The notes: generated from the letters alone by a model not told the origin. A stretch of DNA of 64,000 nt from Candidatus Yanofskybacteria bacterium RIFCSPLOWO2_01_FULL_42_49 (GCA_001795615.1 MGKI01000004.1:22324-86323), one strand, 5' to 3'. Shown: positions 50,701 to 60,528, numbered from the stretch's first letter. Program-made: numbers and translations.

Positions 50701-50909
50701 ACGAACTTGAAGAAGAAAGACGGCTTTGCTATGTAGCTATCACAAGAGCAAAAGAAAAACTAATCCTAACTTTTACGAAATATAGAAATATATTCGGCTC
50801 AACTCAAACTAATCTCCCGTCCAGGTTTCTAGGAGAGATACCGGCGCACCTTGCGTTATTTGAAACGGGCGGAGTCGATTTTAACGACGAAGATAAAATT
50901 TACTACTAA
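47760..50909 (+). CDS. uvrD: UvrD/PcrA family ATP-dependent DNA helicase with an in-frame intein
   Basis: Motif I GPGSGKT, motif II LVDEYQDT, motif III split as GDDAQ|intein|SIYQFRRAD, motif V/VI TTHASKGLEF...VAITRAK. Confidence 0.9.
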   Translation: MDKIFYDLNDKQAEAVKIIDGPVLVISGPGSGKTKCLTHRVAHLISTGVKPENILCLTFTNKAAGEMRERVSRLLEVKPQFSRGLIFATPLIGTFHSIGLKILRREIHHLNYRSNFTIFDADDQKSLVKRIIAELELDSKKTNPSAVLSRISRLKTEFIEPKDAPSEEFFEKVVGNIYKRYQEELKNLNAVDFDDLIVLCVKIFQQNSETLKKYQNLWKYMLVDEYQDTSRDQYEFISLLAKANRNLFCIGDDAQCLPPKTEVKTEKGFKNIEDIGVGETILSPAGLGNTCYAMVTGTKKRYYKGPLLEIQTKLGYKLRSTPNHVTFGKLLPSKNFFITYLMFSEKIGYRIGITVGERHPKSSKPALGLNVRANQEKSDKMWILKISPSRADAQYWEAYYAYKYGIPTTIFFADRGKGVSNKMILTQKHIDNLYKAIPSAERAANLMLDEYIYHEYPHHRPQATVRYQTRRIAVNLNYFGAAPGPHIKNSLFRGARVSINNRNEDIKKLLIKEGFNTRKGKASTWRVETSRRDNGDAELLAQKLSSLCNVEISKNALITDLRFSFLPTSQIHPHMTIPVFNGNKIINDEVVGVKKTNYSGFVYDLNIKRTHTFIADNFPVHNSIYQFRRADIRNILNFQKDYPDAKVVMLEQNYRSTKSIITAASHLIANNKNQVSKELWTDNNEGEKILAKELLNERQEAGFIVSTVRDMVKKGRKPNDFVVLYRTHAQSRAVEEALISAGFPYHIVGGIKFYERKEIKDILAYLKFLTNPADIISFERIYNVPPRGIGAALLEKITKRPSTRAENGTGHSKSQNTNKNSNVDLRKNLKEMTSSKELSKRQHEAIKSFHILLEEIAKEADKSKLTNLIKHVIKSTDYEKYLKETWAPENAEERLENLKELLTVARKYDPPAGGRESCYEGMVRFLEEIALLQDMDRVKNTDNKITLMTTHASKGLEFPVVFIIGLEEGLFPHSRTLFYPDELEEERRLCYVAITRAKEKLILTFTKYRNIFGSTQTNLPSRFLGEIPAHLALFETGGVDFNDEDKIYY
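48525..49625 (+). mobile_element. Intein (367 aa) inserted in helicase motif III of uvrD
   Basis: Starts at the Cys after GDDAQ (CLPPKTEV); block B TPNHVTF; ends ...FPVHN followed by Ser of the extein; the length is a multiple of 3. Confidence 0.8.
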
Positions 50910-50912
50910 CCT

Positions 50913-50960
50913 CTATTAACCTGTGGATAAACGACTTGCGAAGTCGTTTATCCACAGGTT
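50913..50960 (+). terminator. uvrD terminator: perfect 18-bp stem hairpin plus T-rich tail
   Basis: CCTGTGGATAAACGACTT-gcg-AAGTCGTTTATCCACAGG then ttgttttgt. Confidence 0.7.
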
Positions 50961-50967
50961 GTTTTGT

Positions 50968-51720
50968 ATGTTTAGAGCCAAAAAGTCGCTAGGACAGAAC
51001 TTCCTTGTTAATCAGGGGATTTTAGACAAAATAATAAATGCGGCTGATCTAAACAAAAAAGATATCGTCCTTGAGATAGGGTCAGGAACAGGCGTGCTAA
51101 CGAAAAAGCTGACAGAAAACGCCGGCCGGATTGTCGCCGTTGAAAAAGACCGTCGGCTTATTGAAGAACTCAGGGAGAAGTTCAGAAACACAAACATTGA
51201 GATCGTTGAGGGAGACATTTTAAAATTCCAACCAACAATCTACAACCTAAAACCGACAACTTATAAGGTCGTCGGAAATATTCCTTACTATTTAACGTCT
51301 AATCTATTGAGAAAAATATTCGAGGATTGGCCGCAACCAAAACTTATTATACTAACAATGCAAAAAGAAGTTGCGCAAAGAATAATTGCAAAACCCCCGC
51401 GCATGAATCTCCTTGCTCTCTCGATTCAATTTTATACTGAACCGAAAATTATAAGTTATGTATCGAGGGGCAGTTTCCGACCGATGCCTAAGGTTGACTC
51501 GGCGATTATTCGGCTAACGCCTTACCAAGAATCAAGAATTATGAATTATGAATTAAGGGAAAAGTTTTTCAAACTCACTAAAACTGCTTTTGCGGGGAAA
51601 AGAAAACAACTCAAAAATACTATCGGCGCCGAAATTCTTGAAAAAACTGGGCTCAGACCGGAATCACGACCCGAAGAGTTGTCTTTGGAAGATTGGCTAC
51701 AAATTACATCTCAGGTATAA
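50968..51720 (+). CDS. rsmA: 16S rRNA (adenine1518/1519-N6)-dimethyltransferase
   Basis: KKSLGQNFLVNQGILDKII, SAM motif LEIGSGTGVLT. Confidence 0.85.
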   Translation: MFRAKKSLGQNFLVNQGILDKIINAADLNKKDIVLEIGSGTGVLTKKLTENAGRIVAVEKDRRLIEELREKFRNTNIEIVEGDILKFQPTIYNLKPTTYKVVGNIPYYLTSNLLRKIFEDWPQPKLIILTMQKEVAQRIIAKPPRMNLLALSIQFYTEPKIISYVSRGSFRPMPKVDSAIIRLTPYQESRIMNYELREKFFKLTKTAFAGKRKQLKNTIGAEILEKTGLRPESRPEELSLEDWLQITSQV

Positions 51721-51727
51721 TTAACCT

Positions 51728-52090
51728 ATGAGAGTAACCATTATTCTGTTTACGGTCCTACTATTAGCAACCGTTCCCTTGAGTGTTTTCGCTGTGGTCT
51801 TAAATCCGTTGGGAACTTCTTTCGGAGGAAGAGTAACTTCTATCATACCCTGTACCTGCAGCATCCCCCCGACAATGCTAAAAATAACTGTCGGCCCACC
51901 AAAGGGCGGTAGTTTTCTTTACATTCCGGGCATAAGCACCCTTTATATGTTCTACAATTTATTGCCCCCAAGCTGGGTTTTGGGCTTATCCATCGGCAGA
52001 CGCGAGTGCTTGGTTGGTATTCCCCCCGCCTGCACTTCTGCCGGACTTGGCGGAACCATAATCAGGATAATCGGAACATCGATATTTTAG
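51728..52090 (+). CDS. Small secreted Gly/Pro/Cys-rich protein (first gene of the T4SS-like cluster)
   Basis: Signal peptide MRVTIILFTVLLLATVPLSVFA. Confidence 0.4.
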   Translation: MRVTIILFTVLLLATVPLSVFAVVLNPLGTSFGGRVTSIIPCTCSIPPTMLKITVGPPKGGSFLYIPGISTLYMFYNLLPPSWVLGLSIGRRECLVGIPPACTSAGLGGTIIRIIGTSIF

Positions 52091-52150
52091 CCTCTCAATA
52101 TCAACAGCCGGTATGGAAATCCGGCTGTTTTTGCGTGGTATAATTAAGGG

Positions 52151-53065
52151 GTGATAAACAGATACCATGTTGTGTCTAGTTTAATGGCACTCGCTGCTGT
52201 GTTTTTGGTTATAATTGGATTTAATTACTTGAAAGTTGATCTAAATCTAAAGCCGGGCCAGGCAAATATCAACGCACCCCTTGAAAGTAACGCTGATTGG
52301 GATAACGACGGACTTAATAATAGGGATGAGTCGTACTGGAACACCGACTCAAATAATCCTGACTCTGACGGTGACGGCTATCTTGACGGAGAAGAAATTG
52401 CTTCCGGCCACGATCCGCTCATTCCGTCGCCGGATGACCTTCTCCCCACAGACGACAATTTGACGATGAAAATGTCTCAATTGGCTCTGGCCGGTTTAGT
52501 CGAGGGTTCTCTGAAATCCGGCAGTCCTAATTACGAACAATCGCTGAGCAGCTTAGCCGACGTGATAGCAGATGACGCAATAAGCAGTTTGGAAGCAGAT
52601 CTTTCAAAAGTTGACCTTGCAATTGTTGCGTCCGGCAAGGTCTCTCAACAAAAATACATCGAGGAGTTGTCTCCAGTCTATGAAGAACTCTTGAAAATAT
52701 TCATAGAACAAATGTCCGAACTGGAAAACAATCTTAACAACATTGGGGTATTTGGAATGGCTTACGGAGGCGTCCAAAAAAGTTTTGGAGGAGCCTCTTC
52801 ACATTACGAAAACATATTCGGAAAATTGATAAAACTTAATGTCCCGAAAAATTGGAAAAGTAACCACCTCGGTATAGTCAAGCTTGTTGAGGAATTATCT
52901 CAAGCAAGTCGATCAGTTGTGTCCGGTTCAAACGACCCCATAAAAGCAGTCGTGGGTTTAAACAAGATAGTGCAACTCTGGGAAATCTTGCCTGAAATAA
53001 CCAAAGCATACTCCCAAAAAATACAACTCAACGGATTAAATTCAGAATCAACCATATTCAAATAA
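52151..53065 (+). CDS. Membrane-anchored protein with thrombospondin-type-3-like Ca-binding Asp repeats
   Basis: N-terminal TM; DWDNDGLNNRDE...NPDSDGDGYLDGEE. Confidence 0.5.
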   Translation: MINRYHVVSSLMALAAVFLVIIGFNYLKVDLNLKPGQANINAPLESNADWDNDGLNNRDESYWNTDSNNPDSDGDGYLDGEEIASGHDPLIPSPDDLLPTDDNLTMKMSQLALAGLVEGSLKSGSPNYEQSLSSLADVIADDAISSLEADLSKVDLAIVASGKVSQQKYIEELSPVYEELLKIFIEQMSELENNLNNIGVFGMAYGGVQKSFGGASSHYENIFGKLIKLNVPKNWKSNHLGIVKLVEELSQASRSVVSGSNDPIKAVVGLNKIVQLWEILPEITKAYSQKIQLNGLNSESTIFK

Positions 53066-54556
53066 ATGTTCAAAAAACTGCTCCCAATTATAATAGTTCT
53101 GTCTCTCGTATTTCCGTCGTTTGTTCAGATTGCTCAAGCTGGAGTTTTAGACTCTACGATTGGTTTCAGTTCATGCGCAGCAGCTGGATTTATTAATAAC
53201 TTAATTGCGGATGGTCTAAAAGACCTAGAGGATTGGGCAGCAGAAAAACTTAAAGGCTGGATTGGTATAGGAAGCGTCGTTGGGGGGAAGACCAAAGTTC
53301 CAGTTGACGACAGCGATACTCAAGACAAGGTAGATGATTTTAAGGGTGCGTATGGAGGAAAGGAGGGCGCTCAAGATATTATTGCCAGATGTTCGGCCAG
53401 AGAAATACTTTCGGCAATGGGCCAAAATATAACCAATGTCGCCCGTACCGGAGGCAGAGACGGCGGACCGGCGTGGGTTAGGAACTGGCGCAATTTCCAG
53501 CTGGACGCCCAATACCGAGGCGAGGGAATATTCAGGGGAGTGTTGGCATCAACAAATCTCTGCAACTATTTTGGTAGTGATCTGAAAAATTTGTTCGGGG
53601 CAAATCAAAGGATAGACCTTACAAAAATAAGAACAAGGATAAACGACTTTGACTCATTCCAGGTGAAAGCCGGCTGCACTCTTCCAAGTGGATTTGATAT
53701 TGAAAAATACAAGCAGGACTTCTCCGGTAACGGCGGCTGGGAAGCGTGGTCACGGCTTCTTGAACCGCAAAACAACTTCTACGGAGCGTTGTTCCAGTCG
53801 CTTGATGAAGCAGGCAAACAAAGAGCGGCGGAAGAAGCGGCTGATATCGCTGAAGCTGCGCCAACAGGATTCACCGCTGTACGAGGCCGAAACGCAGCCG
53901 AGAGTTGCGCTATAAAAAGTCCCGCGGACGGAAGGTGTTTGGTATATAAAGACATCCTGACGCCGTCAGGAATTTTGAGCGGCAGCGTAGTGGCGGGAAT
54001 TGAAACAGAATTACAATGGGTAGCCACCACAGACGAGTTAAATGAACTTATCGCCACCGGCATTAATGTTTTGGTAAACAGGCTATGGGATTTGAGCAAT
54101 CCCGACGAGGGTGACTATATCGTACCGGGAGATCTTGATGTATCAATTTCTCCGTTTCCATCACCCGCACCTCCGCCATCCGGAGGCGGCGGGACTTGTG
54201 TTGACTCGGGTAACACTGCCGCAAACTACGACGGAGATCTTCAATCGGCAATTGACGCCGTCATTGCCAACAACCCCAACGGCATAGCCGACGCATCAAA
54301 CACAACAGACAATTCTTTTGCGTTTCTAGATTTTGTGGTTCAAGAACTTCAATCTGCCGGATTTAACGCCACGACAAATGTTCTCAACGGAAATGACAAT
54401 CCCAATACCGGGGACCTCATAGCTATTTGGCGCAATACGGACTCAACCATTGAGCGATACGATGCAGTAAGCAACGCGGGGGCGGGGGATATGTCTATGC
54501 GAAATGCGGCAACCGTCCAATATACAGGAGACATTCCATTAAGCTGCTCACAATAA
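53066..54556 (+). CDS. Secreted hypothetical protein (496 aa)
   Basis: Signal peptide MFKKLLPIIIVLSLVFPSFVQIAQA. Confidence 0.5.
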   Translation: MFKKLLPIIIVLSLVFPSFVQIAQAGVLDSTIGFSSCAAAGFINNLIADGLKDLEDWAAEKLKGWIGIGSVVGGKTKVPVDDSDTQDKVDDFKGAYGGKEGAQDIIARCSAREILSAMGQNITNVARTGGRDGGPAWVRNWRNFQLDAQYRGEGIFRGVLASTNLCNYFGSDLKNLFGANQRIDLTKIRTRINDFDSFQVKAGCTLPSGFDIEKYKQDFSGNGGWEAWSRLLEPQNNFYGALFQSLDEAGKQRAAEEAADIAEAAPTGFTAVRGRNAAESCAIKSPADGRCLVYKDILTPSGILSGSVVAGIETELQWVATTDELNELIATGINVLVNRLWDLSNPDEGDYIVPGDLDVSISPFPSPAPPPSGGGGTCVDSGNTAANYDGDLQSAIDAVIANNPNGIADASNTTDNSFAFLDFVVQELQSAGFNATTNVLNGNDNPNTGDLIAIWRNTDSTIERYDAVSNAGAGDMSMRNAATVQYTGDIPLSCSQ

Positions 54557-54561
54557 AATAA

Positions 54562-56916
54562 ATGAAGAATAACTATAGAAAATTAATACCGATAATTCTC
54601 TTGCTTGGTTTGTTTTTGCCGGTTTTTAGCGCTCACGCTGGCGTAAGCGACTGGTTTAGCATAGGCGACTGGACTTACTGGGCGGTAAGCCGTCTTTTTG
54701 CCGGTGTTCTTTTGATAATGTTCACACTGCTAGGGAAACTTATAATCGCCATGACGGTAATGCTGGATTGGGTGCTTAAGATACGGATTTACACCGATGT
54801 TCCCATCATTCAGGAGAGTTGGAAAATTATGCGCGACTTCGCCAACATGCTCTTCATCATCGCGCTGATCGTTATGGCTTATGGCACGATATTCAACATA
54901 CAAGGCTATAACTTTAAGTCTTTGATTCCAAAGTTCTTAATAGCCGCCTTGCTTATAAACTTCAGCCTGGCAATAGGGGGGCTGATAATTGACGCCACGC
55001 AGGTTCTGAATAACACATTCCTCACCGCAATGGGTGACATATCGGGTCGTTTGGGACAGGGGCTTAATCCGGCAAACCTGTTTCCTGATGCGGCTACATT
55101 ATCATCAGAAAACCAGGCAAGCGCTATAGCGAACATGGTTGTCTCCGGCAATCTGACAATAGTCGTTGGGATATTTTTGCTATTCGCATTTTTGATAAGC
55201 ACAGCTGTTCCTTTGGCTATCGCATTTGTCAGAATACCAATCTTGTGGGCGCTACTCATCATATCGCCGATGGCTTGGCTGTTGAGCATCTTGCCGGCGA
55301 CAAAAGGAGCATACAGCAAGTGGTGGCACCACTTTTTAGCCTGGAATCTATTTTTGCCTTATTATTTATTCTTCATGTACTTTGCTCTGTATTTTTTGAG
55401 CAAGCAGGATGAAGTCATCAAGGGTTTGGGACAAAAATTTGTTTACGAAAAACCATTCGAAGGATTTCCTTTTACTTTTGAGCTGATGTTTTTTTACGCC
55501 ATGGTTGCCATTTTCCTAATCGGCGGTACCAAAGTAGCCATGAGCGCCGGTACATTTTCCGGAACGGGGATAGTTAGCGTAGCAAAATGGGGGAGAGATA
55601 GGGTAGCCAACAGAGTCGGCTGGACTGCGGCCGGCAGGGCTATAAAAGGAAGGCTCGATGAAGTCGGAGAGAAGGAGGAGGCAAGAATAGCCCGACAAAC
55701 AGGGTATATGAGAGAGGGTTTGGCGCGTATTACTGGTGGAAAACGCGGATTTATAGAAGAACAACAAGCCAAAGATATCGGAGAAATCAAGAAGAGGTTT
55801 GAAAGAATTACCGACCCCGCAGAACTTGCAAAACTGATGAACCAAGGTCCGCTTAGAAACCAGCTGGCTGCCAGAGAAGTAATGAAAGACAGGGGATTGT
55901 TAACCAGCGATGATTATAAGAAAACACTCGAAATGTACGGTGGTAATAATACATTGGCCGGCAAACAATTCGCTAAAAGCATAGACTACGACAAACTTTC
56001 AAGTACAGACAGAGAGAACTGGTATAGAAATTTGACCGACGTAGAGTCCAAACGAAAAGTTGCCGAAGTCATGGCAAATAAGGGTGAGTTTGACACGATC
56101 GCTTCTATCCAAAGTGCTCAATCTTTATACGCCTTGCCCGGAGAAAAGGCTAACTTTCTTAAAAAAGCTGCCAGGCGCATTACTGACAACACGACCCTGC
56201 GTGGCCTCATGACTACGGGAAGCGACCAAGAACAGCTGGCTGTCAGAGAAATTTTGGCGGAAAGAGGGGCTTTGAACGGCTCTGATATGTTTGACACCTA
56301 TAGTATGTACAGGGCTGGGTCTAAAGAAGCAGTCGACTTTGGTACAAAAGTTGATTTCGGAAATCTATCACAAGCAGATAGACAAACATGGTACAACAAT
56401 GCTCCTGATAATGAGGTGAGGAGAAAATCGGCTGAAGTAATGGCCGAAAAAGGAGACCCGACCATGATGAACGCACCAGCGCTTGCGGCGGCTGCTAACT
56501 TGTATACTAATGATGCTGAAAAAATCAAGTTCTTAGAAAAAGCCGAGAAAAAGAACTTTATGGTTACTATCGACGCCAAGGCTGGTCTTGGAATAGTACG
56601 AAATGCCGCTAACGTCCAGCTAACAACCCCAGACGCAGTTCTTAAAAACAAAGTAACGAAGATGAAGGCCGACGCTTTGGCGGAAATAGGTTACGATGGC
56701 GGCTGGGCAAACCCTGACTTTGTTAACGCGGTTCAGGCAAAAATAGATGCACTTCAAAGATCTGAACCCTCTACCCCCGGCGGACCGCCTACAACTCCGG
56801 GAGGGCCACCCATAATGCCTAAACCAGGAGGCGGAGAAAGATTCAAGAAAGGACTACAAGACAACGCAACGGACACAAGAAGTTTGGCACAGATTTTTGC
56901 TTTAACAATCCCTTAA
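54562..56916 (+). CDS. VirB6/TrbL-like polytopic membrane protein with a C-terminal triplicated soluble repeat
   Basis: Signal peptide, then at least 6 TM helices over ~330 aa; three repeats at the C-terminus (EVMKDRGLL.., EILAERGAL.., EVMAEKGDP..). Confidence 0.5.
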   Translation: MKNNYRKLIPIILLLGLFLPVFSAHAGVSDWFSIGDWTYWAVSRLFAGVLLIMFTLLGKLIIAMTVMLDWVLKIRIYTDVPIIQESWKIMRDFANMLFIIALIVMAYGTIFNIQGYNFKSLIPKFLIAALLINFSLAIGGLIIDATQVLNNTFLTAMGDISGRLGQGLNPANLFPDAATLSSENQASAIANMVVSGNLTIVVGIFLLFAFLISTAVPLAIAFVRIPILWALLIISPMAWLLSILPATKGAYSKWWHHFLAWNLFLPYYLFFMYFALYFLSKQDEVIKGLGQKFVYEKPFEGFPFTFELMFFYAMVAIFLIGGTKVAMSAGTFSGTGIVSVAKWGRDRVANRVGWTAAGRAIKGRLDEVGEKEEARIARQTGYMREGLARITGGKRGFIEEQQAKDIGEIKKRFERITDPAELAKLMNQGPLRNQLAAREVMKDRGLLTSDDYKKTLEMYGGNNTLAGKQFAKSIDYDKLSSTDRENWYRNLTDVESKRKVAEVMANKGEFDTIASIQSAQSLYALPGEKANFLKKAARRITDNTTLRGLMTTGSDQEQLAVREILAERGALNGSDMFDTYSMYRAGSKEAVDFGTKVDFGNLSQADRQTWYNNAPDNEVRRKSAEVMAEKGDPTMMNAPALAAAANLYTNDAEKIKFLEKAEKKNFMVTIDAKAGLGIVRNAANVQLTTPDAVLKNKVTKMKADALAEIGYDGGWANPDFVNAVQAKIDALQRSEPSTPGGPPTTPGGPPIMPKPGGGERFKKGLQDNATDTRSLAQIFALTIP

Positions 56917-56928
56917 AATCCCCTAAAG

Positions 56929-57396
56929 ATGAACATATATAATCCTTCCCAAGTGGACCTAGAGGAATTACTACTAGTCAAAAAGAACTGGGATGTTTTC
57001 GCAAACAAATTTATAAAACTACCGATTAGTATAAAAGGTGTTATAACTTCTGCCACAACTGCTTATTATTTAGAGTTTCTTTCTAAAAAAACTAACTTGA
57101 ACCAAAGCCAATCATCCGATTTGTCACGGATAGTAAGAGACATTCTTCTTACTGATATCTTCTTGGGCGACTTTCCGGTATTAATATCTTCAAAACTGGG
57201 AGTTGATATGAATATCGCAAATCAAATAGCACATAAAATAGTTAGCGAGTTATTCGCGCCGGCAATAGAGGATATTAAAAACATGCAAAGGGAAAAATTC
57301 AGAGATAGAATAGCCCAAGTCAAGAATAAACAGACACAACAACCCCCGCCAAACACCGAACAAGGTAATGTGATAAACTTAAGAGATAGAACATAA
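56929..57396 (+). CDS. Hypothetical protein
   Basis: 155-aa ORF in the cluster, no recognisable motif. Confidence 0.4.
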   Translation: MNIYNPSQVDLEELLLVKKNWDVFANKFIKLPISIKGVITSATTAYYLEFLSKKTNLNQSQSSDLSRIVRDILLTDIFLGDFPVLISSKLGVDMNIANQIAHKIVSELFAPAIEDIKNMQREKFRDRIAQVKNKQTQQPPPNTEQGNVINLRDRT

Positions 57397-57400
57397 CACA

Positions 57401-57522
57401 AATCCACAAATGTACACGAATACCACAAATAGTTAAGAACCCGCCACGAAAAAGACACACGAATATATTTGTGTGAAGCCATTCGTGGCATTCGCATGTC
57501 ATTCGTAGATTAGTGTTACATT
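57401..57522 (+). promoter_or_regulatory. Conserved upstream module, copy 1 (shared with 58547-58701)
   Basis: Shares cacgaataccacaaatagt, gaatatatttgtgtgaagccattcgt and attcgtagattagtgttaYattatg with the region upstream of the VirB4 ATPase ORF. Confidence 0.55.
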
Positions 57523-57843
57523 ATGCGCTTCCAACTACCACAATTTATAGAGACGGAGACGAAATTAGTCGGGCCCTTGACCCTGAGACAGTTCCTATGG
57601 GTGGCCGGGGGAGTGGCCATACTTTTCTTATTGTTTATGACTATCGGCCTTAGTTTTGCGTTTTTTGTGGCTGGGATACCAGTGGCCGCGATTTTTACGG
57701 CTCTTGCTTTTTTCAAAATGGAAGGAATGCCGTTGATAAACTACATCGCTTATTTGCTTTCGTACTTGCTTAACCCTAAAAGATACATTTTTAGAAAATC
57801 AGAGGAAGATAATTTAAAATTTAAAAATCAAAGTGCAAAATGA
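57523..57843 (+). CDS. VirB3/PrgI-like small two-TM membrane protein
   Basis: 106 aa with two hydrophobic helices; position immediately upstream of VirB4. Confidence 0.45.
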   Translation: MRFQLPQFIETETKLVGPLTLRQFLWVAGGVAILFLLFMTIGLSFAFFVAGIPVAAIFTALAFFKMEGMPLINYIAYLLSYLLNPKRYIFRKSEEDNLKFKNQSAK

Positions 57844-57933
57844 CAATGCAAAATGTTAAAATTTTAAATCTAAATCATTTTGAATTTTAAACTGTAATTT
57901 TTAATTTTGATATTTACATTTTACATTTGAAAC

Positions 57934-58545
57934 ATGCCCAATCAATCCACCGAACAATTAGTCCCCGTTGCTGATATTCGAGAGGGTGTTGTGATATTGA
58001 AAAACGGTTCTCTCCGGATGATTCTTGAGGTTTCCGCCATCAACTTTGAACTAAGATCCGCAAATGAACAGACGGCAATACTCCAAAGCTTCCAGAGATT
58101 TCTTAATTCTGTCGACTTTCCGGTTCAGATAGTCATCAGCTCCAGAGAGTTAAACATTTCCATTTATTTAAAAACCGTCGACGGGGTTGTAGAGTCTACA
58201 GAAAATGAACTTTTAAAAATACAGGCTTCGGAATATTCACGGTTTATAAAAGAGTTGTCCGGTTTATCGAATATCATGTCCAAAAAGTTTTTCGTGGTAA
58301 TACCGTTTTACATATTCGAAACACCGGAAGTAACAGGTTTAATCCAAAGCCTGAAAGGACTGCTGAAACCCAAGGAGACCGCTAAAGAACTTACCGATGA
58401 ACAATTTAGTACTTACAGAAACCAGCTTCTGCAAAGAGCTGAATTGGTTTATGGCGGCCTTGTCGGTTTGGGCCTTAGGATAAGACCGCTTGAAGACGAA
58501 GAGATCAAAAAACTTTATTATGAGCTGTATAATCCAAGTAAGTAA
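57934..58545 (+). CDS. VirB4/TraE N-terminal domain encoded as a separate ORF
   Basis: LVPVADIREGVVILKNGSLRMILEVSAINFELRSANEQTAILQSFQRFLNSVDFPVQIV resembles the N-terminal region of Gram-positive-type VirB4 ATPases. Confidence 0.5.
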   Translation: MPNQSTEQLVPVADIREGVVILKNGSLRMILEVSAINFELRSANEQTAILQSFQRFLNSVDFPVQIVISSRELNISIYLKTVDGVVESTENELLKIQASEYSRFIKELSGLSNIMSKKFFVVIPFYIFETPEVTGLIQSLKGLLKPKETAKELTDEQFSTYRNQLLQRAELVYGGLVGLGLRIRPLEDEEIKKLYYELYNPSK

Positions 58546-58546
58546 C

Positions 58547-58701
58547 GCAAATCTACGAATGACGCACGAATACCACAAATAGTACACAAATAGCGCGCTA
58601 CAAATGCGCTCACATGAATATATTTGTGTGAAGCCATTCGTAGTCGGCGATTTGTAGAACATTCGTAGTATTCGTTAAGATTTGTAGATTAGTGTTATAT
58701 T
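58547..58701 (+). promoter_or_regulatory. Conserved upstream module, copy 2, separating the two VirB4 ORFs
   Basis: Same blocks as 57401-57522. Confidence 0.55.
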
Positions 58702-60450
58702 ATGAGCGAAGCGAATAACAAAAATAGTTTATCCGAGTACCTGGCTCCCGGGGCTTTTAATGTGTCCCCGTCCCATATTCAAATGGGGGATAAATTCGTC
58801 AGAACAGTCTTTATCGCCACCTATCCGAGATATTTGCAGACCAACTGGTTCTCTCCGATTGTTAACCTCGATCGAGTTCTTGATATTTCCATATTTATAC
58901 TGCCAAAAAATACGGCAACCGTTTTAAAACAGCTGCGAGATCAACTTACGCGGCTTGAGGCTCAAACGATGGAGGAATCCTCCAAGGGAAAAGTAAGGGA
59001 TCCTATTTTAGAAACGGCCATTAACGACATAGAAAACTTGCGGGATCGACTTCAGCAGGGCACGGACAAATTTTTTGAGTTAGGCGTATATATAACAATC
59101 TACGAAAACAGTTTAAAAGAGCTGGACGAAACAGAAAACAAACTGCGGGGCATGATGGAATACCAACTCGTCTTTCCTAAAGTATCTACATTCAGAATGC
59201 TTGAAGGATTTACTTCAACCTTGCCCCTAAACGACGACCGCCTGAACATTCACACTTCCCTCAACACTGAACCGCTTTCGTCTATATTTCCTTTTGTTTC
59301 GTTCGATTTAACTTCAGATAGCGGTATACTCTATGGCATCAACACACACAATAATTCTCTTGTTCTTTTTGACAGATTTCAGCTCGAAAATTACAACGCG
59401 GTGGTATTTGGAAAGTCCGGAGGCGGAAAAAGTTACACCGTAAAGCTCGAGATACTGAGAAGCCTGATCTTCGGCGCTCAAGTTCTGATAATTGACCCTG
59501 AGGATGAGTACAAGTATCTTGCCGAAACGGTTGGAGGTACTTCCGTAAAAATATCCATCACTTCGGACCAGCACATAAACCCCTTCGACCTGCCAGATCC
59601 CAAACCGGATGAGTCCCCGGCAGATGTTTTTAAATCTCATATTTTAGACCTGACCGGCCTTTTGAGGTTGGTACTCGGTGAGTTGACTCCCGAAGAAAGC
59701 GCCATATTGGACGAAGCATTAATACAAACATACGCCATCAAAGACATTACTCCAGATTCTAACTTTACCAATATCGAGCCTCCGGTTTTATCTGACCTTC
59801 AAAACATACTTGAGGGATTAACTGGCGCCGAATCAATGGCGGTACGAATTAAAAAATATACGCAAGGCACCTTCGCTGGGTTCTTAAATATGCCGACAAA
59901 TGTTTCTTTGAACAATAATTTAGTCGTATTCAGCATACGAGATCTGGAAGAAGAACTTAGACCGATAGCAATGTATTCTATTCTCAATCATATCTGGACA
60001 TCCGTGAGAAGAACCCAGAAAAAGCGTCTTCTGATCGTGGACGAAGCCTGGTGGCTCATGAAATACGAAATTGGAGCCGCCTTTTTGTCCAATATCGCAA
60101 AGAGGGCCAGGAAATATTATCTGGGTTTAACTACGATATCGCAAGACATTGCAGATATGCTTTCTACCGACAGGGGCAAGAGTATTGTAACTAATTCGTC
60201 TATACAGATTCTTACCAAGCAGTCGCCGGCCGCCATAGATATAATTCAAAAAACATTCAACCTTACGGACGCCGAAAAATATTATCTCCTGGAAGCAAGG
60301 GTTGGTTTTGGGTTGTTCTTCGTGGGACAAGACCACATAGGTATCAGGGTTGTGGCATCATATGCGGAGGACCAGATTATAACCTCCGACCCCAAGCAGA
60401 TACTTGAGATAGAGAAGGCAAAAGAAGAGTGGGCAAAGTTAAGAAGCTAG
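58702..60450 (+). CDS. VirB4/TraE-family T4SS ATPase (C-terminal ATPase portion)
   Basis: Walker A VVFGKSGGGKSYT, Walker B LLIVDEAWWLM; the conserved YPRYL..GWF region follows the start. Confidence 0.75.
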   Translation: MSEANNKNSLSEYLAPGAFNVSPSHIQMGDKFVRTVFIATYPRYLQTNWFSPIVNLDRVLDISIFILPKNTATVLKQLRDQLTRLEAQTMEESSKGKVRDPILETAINDIENLRDRLQQGTDKFFELGVYITIYENSLKELDETENKLRGMMEYQLVFPKVSTFRMLEGFTSTLPLNDDRLNIHTSLNTEPLSSIFPFVSFDLTSDSGILYGINTHNNSLVLFDRFQLENYNAVVFGKSGGGKSYTVKLEILRSLIFGAQVLIIDPEDEYKYLAETVGGTSVKISITSDQHINPFDLPDPKPDESPADVFKSHILDLTGLLRLVLGELTPEESAILDEALIQTYAIKDITPDSNFTNIEPPVLSDLQNILEGLTGAESMAVRIKKYTQGTFAGFLNMPTNVSLNNNLVVFSIRDLEEELRPIAMYSILNHIWTSVRRTQKKRLLIVDEAWWLMKYEIGAAFLSNIAKRARKYYLGLTTISQDIADMLSTDRGKSIVTNSSIQILTKQSPAAIDIIQKTFNLTDAEKYYLLEARVGFGLFFVGQDHIGIRVVASYAEDQIITSDPKQILEIEKAKEEWAKLRS

Positions 60451-60528
60451 GTTTTAGGGGTTAGGTTTTAGGGGTTAGGTTTTAGAAAAACTCCTAAAAG
60501 CTAAAAGCTAAAAGCTAAAAGCTGGAAA

